The notes: generated from the letters alone by a model not told the origin. Shown: positions 15,178 to 26,999, counted from the stretch's first letter. The stretch is 49,958 bases of DNA from an uncultured Acidobacteriota bacterium (GCA_963836075.1 CAWIIB010000004.1:1-49958); one strand, 5' to 3'. Numbers and translations: made by a program.

Positions 15178-15197
15178 ATGGGCAGTGATTTCTCAAA

Positions 15198-15213
15198 TGT
15201 TCCACGTGGAACA
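15198..15213. promoter_or_regulatory. parS: parS centromere-like site 2
   Basis: Second perfect TGTTCCACGTGGAACA, 36 bp from the first. Confidence 0.95.
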
Positions 15214-15328
15214 TCGAGGGCCCGGGGGTGGAATCTCTTCCATTTCAGTCGATCTCCGTGCTATTATTTTGACCTCTCTCCGTAGGAAGCTCTTTGTTGG
15301 CCACAATTCTTCACATTGTTGGGGATTA

Positions 15329-16111
15329 ATGGGTAAAATAATCGCCATAACCAACCAGAAGGGTGGGGTTGGGAAGACCACCACTGCCATAAACCTTGCC
15401 GCGTCCCTGGCCGCGGCCGAAAAACGGGTTTTGCTGGTGGACCTCGACCCCCAGGGCAATACCACCGGTGGCCTCGGCTTCAAAACCGGGGAGGAGAGCC
15501 GTCGACGTCACATCTACCACGTGCTTATTGAAGGTATGGAGGCCCGGGATGTGGTGCTGCCCACCGAATTGGGTCTTCTCGACCTGATCCCCTCGGGCCG
15601 TGACCTGGCCGGCGCGGAGCCGGAGCTGGTGAACATGGAGGGGCGGGAGTACCGGCTGCGCGAGGCGCTGACCGACCTGGCCGCGGACTACCAGTATGTC
15701 TTCATCGACTGCCCCCCGTCCCTGGGCCTGCTCACCGTCAACGCCCTGGCCGCGGCTCACAGCGTGCTGATTCCGATCCAGTGCGAGTACTTCGCCATGG
15801 AGGGGCTCACCGAGCTGACCCGCACGCTGACGCGGGCCCGGTCCTCTCTCAACACCAGCCTCGACATCGAAGGCATCCTGCTGACCATGCTCGACGAACG
15901 GACCCTGCTCACCCGACAGGTGACCAGCGAAATCCGCGAGTTTTTCGGCGACAAGGTCTTCAAAACGGTGATCCCCCGCAATGTCCGCCTGGGAGAGGCG
16001 CCCAGCTTCGGCAAGCCGATCCTGCTCTATGACATCCGTTCCAGGGGGGCGGAGGCCTACCTGGACCTGGCCAGGGAAGTGATTGAACATGAAGCGGAAA
16101 GCACTGGGTAG
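15329..16111 (+). CDS. parA: Chromosome partitioning ATPase ParA/Soj
   Basis: MGKIIAITNQKGGVGKTTT, VDLDPQGN, IDCPPSLGLLT, IPRNVRLGEAPSFGKP. Confidence 0.97.
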   Translation: MGKIIAITNQKGGVGKTTTAINLAASLAAAEKRVLLVDLDPQGNTTGGLGFKTGEESRRRHIYHVLIEGMEARDVVLPTELGLLDLIPSGRDLAGAEPELVNMEGREYRLREALTDLAADYQYVFIDCPPSLGLLTVNALAAAHSVLIPIQCEYFAMEGLTELTRTLTRARSSLNTSLDIEGILLTMLDERTLLTRQVTSEIREFFGDKVFKTVIPRNVRLGEAPSFGKPILLYDIRSRGAEAYLDLAREVIEHEAESTG

Positions 16112-16953
16112 GGGGCTCAACGCCCTGATCCCCGACGCCCCCCGGACCACCGAAGCCGGCGGGCAATGAGATCCAGATGGTCAAGGTGGATGCCATCCGG
16201 CCCGGCCGGTTCCAGCCCCGCCGCAAGATCGATCGCCGGAAGATCTCCCTGCTGGCCGTCTCGATCCGTAACGACGGCATCATCAATCCCCTGCTGGTCC
16301 GTCGTGTGGACGGCGGCCTGGAGCTGGTGGCCGGTGAGCGGCGCCTTGAGGCGGCCAGGGAGGCCGGACTGAAGCAGGTGCCGGTGATGATCCGGGACCT
16401 GACCGACGAGAAGGCAGCGGAGCTTGCCCTGGTGGAAAACATCCAGCGGGAGGAGCTGAACCCGGTGGAGGAGGCCGAGGCCTACCAGCAGCTGATCGGC
16501 CAGTTCGGGCTGAGCCAGGACGAGGTTTCCAAAAGGGTGGGCAAGGAGCGGGCAACGGTGGCCAACATGCTCCGGTTGCTCAAGCTGCCCGATGCGGTGA
16601 AGCAGCACATGCGCGACGGTGAGATCACCATGGGGCACGGGCGTGCCCTGCTGGCCGTGCCCGGGGAAAAGGAGCAGGTCGCGCTCTGCCGGCGGATCCT
16701 CGCCGACGGACTCTCGGTTCGTGCGGTGGAGGAGGCGGCCGCCCGCAGCGGTGCGCGCAAGAAGCCGGTCAAGAAAAAAGAGGCGGAGAAGCAGGACCCC
16801 AACGTGCGGGCGGCAGAAGAGGAGATGACCCAGAGCCTGCATGCCAAGGTGCGGATCAACGGCAGCCACCGGAAGGGGAGGATCGAGATTTACTACACCT
16901 CCGACGAGGAATTGGATAGAATTTACCAGCTTCTGACCAGAAAGCGGGGCTGA
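16089..16953 (+). CDS. parB: Chromosome partitioning protein ParB/Spo0J (one frameshift near the N-terminus)
   Basis: MKRKALGRGLNALIP, FQPRR, VAGERRLEAA, ENIQREELNPVEEA, HTH region GKERATVANMLRLL. Confidence 0.96.
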
Positions 16954-16973
16954 GTGATTGGTGGGTGAGGGCC

Positions 16974-17327
16974 ATGGCGAAAACGAAATCGACTGGCGAG
17001 ATCAACGCGTACCTGGACGGGGATACGATTCTCGACGGCGAGATCACCGTCAAGGGGTCGTTGCGTATCGACGGCAAGGTGAAGGGCAAGATCACTGCCG
17101 GCGGTGAGGTGGTGGTGGGGCCCACCGCCGAGGTGGATGCCGAGATTACCGCCACGCTGGTCTCGATCAGCGGTAAGGCGGCGGGGAGCATCAGGGTCAC
17201 CGACCGGGTGGAGATTTTCACCGGCGCCGTGGTGACCAGCTCTTTGATCACTCCCAGCCTGCAGATCGCTGATGGCGCGATTTTCCAGGGCCACTGCGAG
17301 ATGAACCCCGGCGGCAAGCTCGACTGA
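16974..17327 (+). CDS. Bactofilin (polymer-forming cytoskeletal protein)
   Basis: LDGEITVKGSLRIDGKVKGKI ... LQIADGAIFQGHCEM beta-helix pattern. Confidence 0.9.
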   Translation: MAKTKSTGEINAYLDGDTILDGEITVKGSLRIDGKVKGKITAGGEVVVGPTAEVDAEITATLVSISGKAAGSIRVTDRVEIFTGAVVTSSLITPSLQIADGAIFQGHCEMNPGGKLD

Positions 17328-17350
17328 ACGGTGCGGCGAGGAGACGATTG

Positions 17351-18409
17351 ATGAGCGATGAACCAAAAAACGAAGAGGTCCGCCTGACCAGGTCGGTGAC
17401 CAGCGGCGGGTGAGCGGCCAAGATTGCTCCAGGGGTCCTGGAGCGTGTTCTGGGCAGCCTGCCGCGGGTCGACGACTCGAGGGTCCTGGCCGGATTCGAC
17501 ACCAGCGAAGATTGCGGTATCTATCTCCTGCGAGACGATCTGGCCATGGTGCAGACCATCGACATCCTCACCCCTGTTGTCGATAACCCCTTTGTTTTCG
17601 GGCAGATAGCGGCATCCAACGCACTCAGTGACGTCTTTGCCATGGGGGCCCGGCCACTCACCGCGCTCTCCTTTGTCGGCTTTCCACGCAGCGGCCTGGG
17701 GATGGAGGTGCTGGAGCAGATGCACCGCGGCGGACTGGACAAGCTCACGGAAGCCGGCACCGTCCTGGTGGGCGGCCACACCATCGCCGACAAGGAGATC
17801 AAGTTCGGCTACGCGATCACCGGCGAGGTCCACCCCGGCGGCATTCTGCGCAACGCCGGCGCCCGGCCGGGCGACGCCCTGGTGCTGACCAAGCCGCTGG
17901 GCATCGGGGTGCTGACCCACGGCGTGAAACAGGACAAGACCTCGGCGCAGGAGCTGGCCGCCGCCATAGCCCAGATGACCACGCTGAACATGAGTGCCTC
18001 CAGGCGTGCCCGTGAATTCGGCGCCAGCGCAGTGACCGACGTCACCGGCTTCGGCCTGGTGGTGCACGCCCTGGAAATGGCCAGGGGCAGCGGTGTCGAC
18101 CTGGAACTCGACTCGGCCGCGGTGCCGCTGTTGCCCGGTGCGCTGCGGGTGGTGTCCGAAGGCTGCATGCCCGGGGCGGTGAAGACCAACCGCGAGTTTG
18201 CCGGGGAGAGCGTCAGCTACGCCGACAGCGTGGATGAGAACCTGCAGTGCCTGCTCAACGACCCGCAGACCGCCGGCGGCCTGTTGATCGCCGTTGATGC
18301 CATCAGCGCCAAACGGCTGGCGCGGTTTCTCACCCAGGATGGTGGAACCGCCGCGGTGGTGGGTCGCGTGGTCAACGCCGGGAAGTGCCCCTCCATCAGT
18401 GTTCGGTAG
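17351..18409 (+). CDS. selD: Selenide, water dikinase SelD, selenocysteine-containing (TGA at 17411-17413)
   Basis: RLTRSVTSGG-TGA-AAKIAPG in frame with VQTIDILTPVVDNPFVFGQIAASNALSDVFAMG, GGHT, LTKPLG, TDVTGFGL, DPQTAGGLL. Confidence 0.95.
17426..17444 (+). promoter_or_regulatory. Bacterial SECIS hairpin
   Basis: GCTCCAGG-GGT-CCTGGAGC perfect 8-bp stem with G-containing loop, 12 nt after the in-frame TGA. Confidence 0.8.
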
Positions 18410-18484
18410 CAGGCCCTCGGTCCGGCCCATGCCGCCCCGGTCACCAGAAGCGCACCTTCGGCTGAAACAGTGACGGATCGAACC

Positions 18485-20298
18485 ATGACTCAATCAGGCC
18501 CCGACTCCGGACGAGGTGCATTGCTCCGGCGCACGCTCCTTCTGGCGCTCTGGGCCGGGCTGATTCTGGGCGGTCTCGACGTGGCCCGGATCCTCACCCG
18601 CGGCGACCTGGTCCCCACCCATATCCACTACCTGGTCCTGGCCCTGAACATGGTTCAGGCACTGGTCGCGGGGCTGCTGCTCTTTCTGCTCCTGGGGTAT
18701 CTGCCCCGTCGCGGACTTGTCCGTTTCGCGGCGGAGCTGGTGCAGCTCCCCTTCCCGGCCCCCGGGCCGAGACGGCGGGTGCGGTCCTGGTCCTGCTGCT
18801 GGCGGGGCTCACCGGGCCGCTGGCCGGGATGGCCGAGGAGAGGCGTCTGGCCGAAGAGTTTCCCGCGGCAGCGGAAGAGCCGGCAGCCGCCAGGGCACTT
18901 CCCGCCAGCACGCTCCCAACGTGATCGTCCTGGTGATGGACACCGTGCGTGCCGATCACCTCTCGCTCTACGGCTACCAGCGGCCCACCTCGCCGAACCT
19001 CGAGCGTCTGGCTCCGGAGTTTCTGGTCTGCCGCAACGCCATCAGCTCGGCGCCCTGGACCGTCCCCTCCCACGCCACGCCTGTTCACCGGCCTCTACCC
19101 TTACAACCACGGGGCGCGGAGCTTTCTGCCGCAGAACATCAGCAGGGGGAGCTGGAGCAATGTTTTCACGCTCGACCCGAAGTGGACCACTCTTGCCGGC
19201 CTGCTCGGCCGGCAGGGCTACCTCACCGCCGGGCTGGTCTCCAACCCCTACCTCTCGCCCCACTCGGGCCTGAACCAGGGGTTTGACCAGCTACCAGTTC
19301 CAGACCAACCGCAACTACCTCCTGCCCCTGCGCTGCCAGTGGTTGATGAAGAAATGGTTCGGAGACCGCTGGCGGGCCAATTTCGACAAACCGCAACAGT
19401 CGGCGTGGCAACTGAACCGGCGGATCGAGCGCTGGCTCGATGTACACGGGGATCGTCCCTTCTTTCTCTTTGCCAACTACATGGACGCCCACCTGCCGCA
19501 CAATGCGCCGCCCCCGTTCTGCGACCGCCTTTCCGGGACAGCTTCCCGGCTTTCGGGTTCAACCGCCCCTTCGAAGCGACGATCATGGGCCGGGAGCGGC
19601 CGGTGAAGGAGGCGGAGGTCGCACACCTTCATGCCATGTATGACGGGTCGATCCAGCTATCTCGACCACCACCTGGGCCGATTGCTGGACGGGCTCCGCC
19701 GCCGCGGGCTCTACGAGAACAGCCTGATCGTGCTGCTCAGCGACCACGGCGAATATTTCGGTGAGCACGCTCTGCTGGAGCACAGCAAGGACGTCTACGA
19801 GCCGGCCATGGCCGTGCCGCTGATGGTCCGGTTTCCGGGCGGCGAGCCCGCGGGGCGAGGTCACCGTCCGGACCCACCTGGTGGACGTGATGCCCACCAT
19901 CCTTTCCGTGCTGGGCATCGAGGTCCCGGCCCGGGCCCGTGGAATGGACCTGCGGCAGGTGACCGAAGGGCGGATGCTGCTCGGTGAGAACTATTTTGCC
20001 CGGGTCAAGGATCTCCGGCGGCCGTACGGCCACCGCTTTCGCCGGGTGCGGCAGGCGGTATACCAGGGCCAGTGGAAATACATCCACTCCACTGACGGGA
20101 ACAGCGAACTCTACGACCTGGAATCGGACCCGCGGGAGTTCACCAACCTGATCGTCGACCGGCCCGACGTGGCGGAATCCCTCCGCCTGTGGCTGGAGGA
20201 ACAGCTCTCCGCAGAGCCCGGCAACCGATGATGACTCGCAACCCCTGGAGGTGGACGAGGAGACCCGCGCCAGGCTCGAGGCCCTCGGGTATATCTGA
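18485..20298 (+). CDS. Membrane-anchored sulfatase-like hydrolase (frameshifted)
   Basis: N-terminal TM segments; PNVIVLVMDTVRADHLSLYGY, APWTVPSHA-LFTGLYP, NYMDAHLP, SDHGEYFGEH, ELYDLESDPRE, C-terminal LEALGYI. Confidence 0.88.
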
Positions 20299-20328
20299 CT
20301 GTCCCGCCCTCGATCGCAAATTTTCACA

Positions 20329-20357
20329 TTGACAACTAATTTTACAGACATTAGGGT
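20329..20357 (+). promoter_or_regulatory. Sigma70-type promoter
   Basis: TTGACA-N17-TAGGGT in an AT-rich intergenic region. Confidence 0.5.
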
Positions 20358-20461
20358 TTACCCAAGCCTTTCCTGGTTCACTACAACAGAAAATCAGTTC
20401 ATGCCCCCGCCCAATCCGTCCGGCGGTTGGTAACCACTGACCATTTGAAGGGAGATGCACC

Positions 20462-22146
20462 ATGTGGAACACCAGGTTCGGATTGGCCGTGGCCGCCATC
20501 CTCCTGCTGATTCTGGTTTTGCTCACCGCCTCGCGGTGAGGGGCCGCCGGCCGATGACGAAGGCATCACAGCTGAAAGGCTCGGCGGCTCGGCGCCGGGC
20601 GAGTCTCCCGGAAAAGGAGACCGGGCCGGCCCTCGAGGGAACGCTCATGGCGGCGTCCATTGCCGCGGGCAGCGGCGGGTCGGTCATGTCCGACATCGGG
20701 GTCGAGCCGGCTGGCGATGAGCGCGGACGGCGGGTCGGTGGCCATTGTCAGCTCGTCAACAACCTGGTGGAAGGGCAGCACGACGCCCTTCGCGACTCGC
20801 ACCTGCCCGAGCTGTTTCTCCATGACCGGGAGGCCCGGGGCATCACGCCTGGTCTCGCACAGCGTCGGCGACCCGACCCAGACCGCCATCGCCCAGTCGG
20901 ACTACCCCGACGTCTCCGCCGACGGCCGCTACGTGGCCTACCAGAGCAGCTCCACCGACCTGGTGGCCTCGGACGGGACGCGGAGCATGTTCCACAACCA
21001 GGTCTTTCTCTACGACCGGGAGACCGGCGCCAACGTGAGGATGAGCAACGCCGCCGGCGGCATCGCCCCGTCCAACGGGGCCTCCGAAGGCGTGTCGATC
21101 AGCGCCGACGGCCGCTGGGTGGCCTACCAGTCCAACGCCCAGAACCTGATGGCCGGCCAGCAGGACCGGCGGGGCAACGACGACATCTTTCTCTATGACC
21201 GGGAGAGCGGCGAGAACATCAAGGTCAGCCATGCCCCGGGCAGCGAGACCGCGCCGGCGGACCACCAGTCCATCGCCCCGTCGATCAGCGCCGACGGCCG
21301 GTGGGTGGCCTACGTCAGCTATGCCACCAACCTGGTGGACGGGCTGGACGACCCGAACGGCAACGGCATCGACATCTTCCTCTACGACCGGGAGAGCGGC
21401 GAGAACATGCTGGTCAGCCGGGCCGGTCATTCCCCCACCACCACCGGCAACAACGGCTGCAGCCCCGAGCCGCCCATCGATCAGCGACGACGGCCGCTTC
21501 GTGGTTTACAACAGCACCGCCGTGGATCTCGTGCCGGGAATGGTGGACGAGGCGGGGGACGGCATGGTCTATCTCTTCGACCGCCAGAGCGGGCGAGAAC
21601 CGTCTGGTGAGCCACGCCGCCGGGAAGCCGCTGCGCACCGGCATGTATCTCGCCGAGGCGGCCTCGGTGAGCGGCGACGGGAACTGGGTGGTCTTTGCCA
21701 GCGAGGCCAGCGACCTGGTGGCCGGCCAGGACGATTCGGAGGTCCGGCGCAACATCTATCTCTGGGAGCGGGCCACCGGCACCACCCGGCCTGGTCAGCC
21801 ACCGGGCCGGCTCGACCGTCGCCTCGCCGAACCAGAACTCCTACGAATCGGCGATCAGCCGTGACGGCCGCTTCATCGCCTTCGACTCCGACGCCCCGCA
21901 CCTGGTGCAGGGGCAGGTGGACGAGGAGATGGGGCTCGACCTATTCCTCTACGACCGGGAGACCGCGGCCATCACCCTGGTCAGCCACCTCGCAGGCAGC
22001 CGACCACGGCCAACAACGGCTGCGCCCACCGACATCTCGATCAGCGCCGACGGGCGGGTGGTCGGCTTCATCAGCTGAGGAGGACGGCCTGGTGCCCGAG
22101 GACACCAACGGTGCAGACCGACGCCTTCTGGTTCGAGGTGGAGTAA
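20462..22146 (+). CDS. Exported TolB-like/PD40 beta-propeller repeat protein (frameshifted)
   Basis: Signal-like N-terminus; repeats of about 60 aa, SISADGRWVAY.S.A.NL..G..D..G..DIFLYDRESGEN..VS. Confidence 0.8.
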
Positions 22147-22165
22147 GAAAACGAAGGGATCCGGA

Positions 22166-22420
22166 GAGGTCGAACAGAGGACGGGACGATCATTCGGCTT
22201 CGCTCCGGGTCTCCGAGTGCACGCCGTTGTATGTTCGAAAACCGACGGGGCCCTCCGTGTTCCGGACCAGTCCGCCCCGATCGATTGTGATGGTGACATC
22301 ACTACATTGACCTGGCCGTGAATTCCGCCCCGGCCACGGAAACCCGTTCGGTTTTCTTCACACAACGGCGGCACGTCTCCGACAGTCGCTCAGACGAAAG
22401 ATCGCCCCGCCCCCCGACTC
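22166..22420 (-). repeat. About 250-nt rod-like imperfect palindrome, copy 2
   Basis: Reverse complement carries GACGTGCCGCCGTTGTG, AAAACCG, apical GTGATG-TCAC-CATCAC, TCCGGAAC, CGGTTTT and TACAACGGCGTGCACTCG in the same order as copy 1. Confidence 0.8.
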
Positions 22421-22552
22421 ACTCTGAATCATGCCGGAACGTCTGATTTCCCCCCTCGTTTCAAGCGATAAGACATCCCGCCGATAAGAAAAAGGAGGTA
22501 CAACCGCAGCAGCACTGACCGGCCACGGGCCGGGGAACGGAGGGGTGAAACC

Positions 22553-23340
22553 ATGAGCAGTTCTATCGAAGGTTTGCCCGAAACGTCCGTCGCCCATCCG
22601 GAGCATCACGACCTGGAGTTTGCCAGAAGGATCCGGCAGGACCTGCTGCCCGGGATCACTGGTGGGCACCGAGACCTTCCGGCTGGACGTCCATCACCAT
22701 CCCCACGACCTGATCGGCAGCGACTTCTACGACATGATCCCGCTGGACGGGCAACCGCTTCGGCATCCTGGTGGCCGACGTGCGGGGCACGGCGTCTCGG
22801 CGGCGCTCTACACCATGCTGCTGAAGGGGCTGGAGGAAAAGTATGCCGTGCAGAAGCAGCGATCCCGCCGCATTTGTTGCCGGGCTGAACCAGGGAACTG
22901 GCCCGCTATTCCGTGGACGACAGCGTCGCCACCGCGGTCTATGCCGTTCTCGACGCGGACGCGGGACCCTGTGCTATTGCAGCGCCGGGCACCCGCCCCT
23001 GCTGGTCTATCCGGGCGTGCGGCCGGCAAGGTGAGCTGCCCTGGCCGTCCGGCGGCCTGCCCCTGGGCTGTTTCGATGATGAACAATTCACGGCGCGGGA
23101 GACGACGCTGGCTCCGGCAGACCTGGTGCTCTTCTACACCGACGGCCTCACCGAAACCAGCGAAGACCGGCCGACCCGATAGTCGGTGAGAAGGGGCTGG
23201 CCGACCTGCTGCGCCAGGAGGTCATCGACCCCTCCATGGATCTGCCCAAAAGGCTCTACGACCGCGTGCTGGCCCTCTCGGGCGAAAATTCCCTGGACGA
23301 CGACGCCCTGATTCTCTCCCTGCTTCGGCGTAACACCTGA
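22553..23340 (+). CDS. Stand-alone PP2C/SpoIIE (RsbU-like) phosphatase domain protein (frameshifted)
   Basis: ARRIRQDLLP, GSDFYD, VADV.GHGVSAAL, AGHPP, GLPLG, FYTDGLTE, DDD near the C-terminus. Confidence 0.85.
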
Positions 23341-23553
23341 GCGCTCGCCGGCTTGCCGAATTAAAAGAATCATTCGACAATTGGCCGTGAAAGGGCCTAT
23401 ATTCTCTTTTAGATACAAGTTCGGCGACAGACGGCCGGTTTTCATGGACAATTACCCTATCGGCCGCACGGCGCCGCTCGTCATCGATGACACGCACGTA
23501 TAAATGACCCCTCCCGCCGGGGTCGCCATTCCTCGTCAGGAGAGATACTTCGG

Positions 23554-25078
23554 ATGAACCCTCGCGCAATGCTTTCGGCTCTGATCATTGTTTTTGTCGC
23601 CTTCTTTACAGCCCAGTCGTCCAGGCCCAGACCACGATCCACGTGGACGACGATGCGCCGAACGATCCCGGGCCGGGTGACCCGGCGGTGAGCGACCCGC
23701 TGGAGGATGGATCCACCGCCCATCCCTACGATGCCATACAGGAGGGGATCAACGCCGCGGTGAACGGCGACACGGTGCTGGTGGCCGACGGCACTTACAC
23801 CGGCATGGGCAATTGGGACATGATTTCCTCGGCAAGGCGATCACCGTGGCTTCGGCCACGGGCCGGCTGCCTGCATCATCGACGGCGAGGGGAGCTGGGA
23901 CAACGAGCACTTCGCGTTCATGTTCGACAGCGGGGAGGGAAACGACTCCATCCTCCGCGGATTCACCATCACCCACTTCACAGCTATCGGTGCCGCCGCC
24001 GGCATCAACTGCGGGACGTCGCCCACCATCATCGGCAACGTGATCAGCGACAACGAGGGGTTCGACGGCGGCGGGGCGATGACGATCTGCCGGGGAGAGT
24101 TCACCCTGATCATCGGCAATGTATTCACCGAGAACATTGCTGAATACAGCGGCGGGATCATCATCTATGGCCACGCCCAACCGCTGATCTTCAACAACCT
24201 GCTCTACGGCAACTAGGCTATCGACACCGGCATAGGGCGACACCGGCGCCATCTACTGCTTTGCCGGCAACTACAACTCGTGCCGGCCGCTGATCATCGG
24301 CTGCTCCATCGTCGACAACTATGGCACCGGGTATGCCTCGGGTATTTACGGCAACGACTTTGCCGAGATCACGGTTCGTGACTCGATTATCCGGGGTAAC
24401 TGCAACGGCCAGATCTACGCCTCATCTGCTCGATGACCTGGTCCTGCGTGGAAGGCGGGTTCCCCGGCGCCGGCAACATCGACCTCGACCCGCTTTTTGT
24501 CAGCGGTCCGGATGGCGACTACTATCTTTCCCAGATCGCCGCGGGGCAGGCCGTGGACAGCCCCTGCGTCGATGCGGGCAGTGACCTGGCGGCGGGACAT
24601 CTGCGCGTCACCGCCAACCGGTGTCGTCTGTTTGGATGACGTGGCCACGCGCAGCGATGGCTTCGGTGACACCGGACAGGCCGACATGGGTTACCACTAC
24701 ACGGCAGGTTCCTCCGTGGCGGCCACATTCGGCTGTGTGCCGTCCAGCGGCACACTCCCCTTCCAGAGCACCATGTTTGTTGAGCTGGAGAACCGCTACC
24801 CGGGGACCACCCGGCGGATCGCGGGGAAGATAAACGTCATGCTGGCCGGCGGCCAGGGGTATTCGAACTGGCGCGCCGGCTTCACCAACGTGGGTCCCGG
24901 CGACAGCTATCTCACTTCCTGGGTCCAGAACATCCCGGCCCTCGGCTCTCTGGAGGGCGGCAACCTCTTCACCCTGGTGGCCGAGGACGTCACCCCGCCC
25001 CCCTGGAACCAGCCGCCCTATCCCCCGGCAGGGGATACGGCCGCCAGCGTCTGCACGGTCACCGGGGTGACGCGGTAG
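23554..25078 (+). CDS. Exported right-handed beta-helix (pectin lyase-like) protein with shared C-terminal domain, paralog 1 (frameshifts, one internal stop at about 24214)
   Basis: Signal peptide; VDDDAPNDPGPGDP..SDPLEDGS.AHPYDAIQEGINAA..GDTVLVADGTYTG; SPTIIGNVISDN repeats; GNIDLDPLF; shared CTD. Confidence 0.8.
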
Positions 25079-25153
25079 GGAAGGTAAACACATCTCTTGA
25101 GTTCTTGTTAGGGATCAGTTGAGGGATCATCAGGCAGCAGAAAAGGACGGGAA

Positions 25154-26999
25154 ATGAAAACGCGCACATACTTTTCGGCATTGTTCGTCGTACTCGCATT
25201 GCTGCTCTTTGCCCCGTCCCTCCAGGCCCAGACCACCTGGTACGTGGACGACGACGCGCCGGGAGACCCCGGCCCGGGTGACCCGCTGATCAGCGATCCG
25301 CTGGAGGACGGCACGGCCGCCCACCCCTTCGACGCCATCCAGGAGGGGATCTATGCCGCGGCGCCCGGCGACACGGTGCTGGTGGCCGATGGCACGTACA
25401 CCGGTATCGGCAACCGGGAAATTCGGTACCAGGGGAAGGCGATCACGGTGCGGTCGGAGAACGGGCCGGAGAACTGCACGGTGGATTGCGGGGCGGTTGT
25501 AACCGAAACCCGCGGCGGGTTCTATTTCTATTCCGGGGAGGGGCCCGGCGCGGTGCTCGAAGGAATGACCATCACCGGGTCGAGTTTCAATGCCTCCCAC
25601 CCTGAACTCTTCGGCAACGGGATATATATCAACAACAGCTCACCAACCATCACCGGCAATGTGATCACCCACAGCCACAACGATGACGGGATCTATCGCG
25701 GGGGGGAAGCGATCCGACGATTATCGGCAACACCATCGCGGACTGTGATGAATCGGGGATAGTCATCGGCAACGGCAACCCGGTAATCCGTGACAATATC
25801 ATCGTGCGAAACGGATCGACGTCCAGGGACGGGGAGGAATCCGTTTTACCGGTGCCAGTGCGGCGGGCCGGATCGAGGGCAACCGCATCGCCGACAACGA
25901 GGGCGAGTCGGGGGGCGGCATCTATCTGAATCAACTCCCCAACAACACCGTTACCCCGGTGATCGACAACAACGTCATCGCCGGGAACTACGCCCTGCAC
26001 AGTGGAGGCGGCATCTACATTTTCTATGCCAATCCCCTCTCGCTGACCAACAACCTTATTGCCGGCAACCTTGCCGGGTCCGGCGGCGGTCTGTTTCTGG
26101 TTGCAGATGATCTGTCCACACCGGGCGTTGAACCGGGACCGTTGAACTGCACGCTGGCCCACAATACCGCCTTCTATGAAGGCGGTGGATTGTATGTCCG
26201 TGCAAAGTTTGAAGAAACGGCGGCCATAACCCTGAAGAACACCATTCTGTCCGGTGGAGAGGCGGCCAGCGGCGGGAATTTCTTCCTCCGTGGGTCAGAA
26301 GCGACGGTAACCATCACACTCGACCACTGCCTGATCCAGGATGCCTCCCAAACGGTGCACATCGGCCAGCAAACGCTGATCCAGACCGGTCCCCTGCTCA
26401 CCGCCGATCCGCTCTTCGCCGACGGTCCGGGGGGCGACTACCACCTCAGTCAGACCGCGGCCGGCCAGCCGGCTGACAGCCCCGCCCTCGACGCAGGCAG
26501 CGACCCGGCGGCCACGATCTGTTTCGACGGGCTGGACGAGACCATCTGCCTGGGCGGCCTGTCCACCCGCAGTGATGGTGTGGCCGATGCCGGGATCGTG
26601 GATCTCGGCTTCCACTACCCGGCGGCGTCCACGTCCATCTTCGCCGCCCTGGGCTGCGTGCCGGCCAGCGGGACGCTGCCCTTCAAACGCCGATGACCGT
26701 CGAGCTTCACAACCTCCACGCCGACGCGCACCCGGCGGATCGCGGGGAAGATAAACGTCATGCTGGCCGGCGGCCAGGGGTATTCGAACTGGCGCGCCGG
26801 CTTCACCAACGTGGGGCCCGGCGACAGCTATCTCACCTCCTGGGTCCAGAACATCCCGGCGCTCGGCTCTTTGGAGGGCGAGAACCTGTTCACCCTGGTG
26901 GCCGAGGATGTCACACCGCCGCCGTACAACCTGCCGCCCTATCCGCCGGCCGGGGATACGGATAATGCTTCCTGCCTCATCACCGGCGTGGCGCGGTAG
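25154..26999 (+). CDS. Exported beta-helix protein with shared C-terminal domain, paralog 2 (frameshifted)
   Basis: MKTRTYFSALFVVLALLLFAPSLQA signal; same N-terminal block; GGGIY/GGGLF beta-helix turns; shared CTD. Confidence 0.82.

Noticed and set aside
14900-15285. Short ORFs beginning MPPLCE (14900+ and 22374-) as a small protein family
   Set aside because: The similarity switches frames and follows nucleotide stems rather than codons; it is explained by the non-coding rod element.
24214-24216. TAG inside beta-helix paralog 1 as pyrrolysine or stop readthrough
   Set aside because: It lies beside an indel in an error-rich stretch, with no pyl genes or other support; likely a sequence error or local decay.
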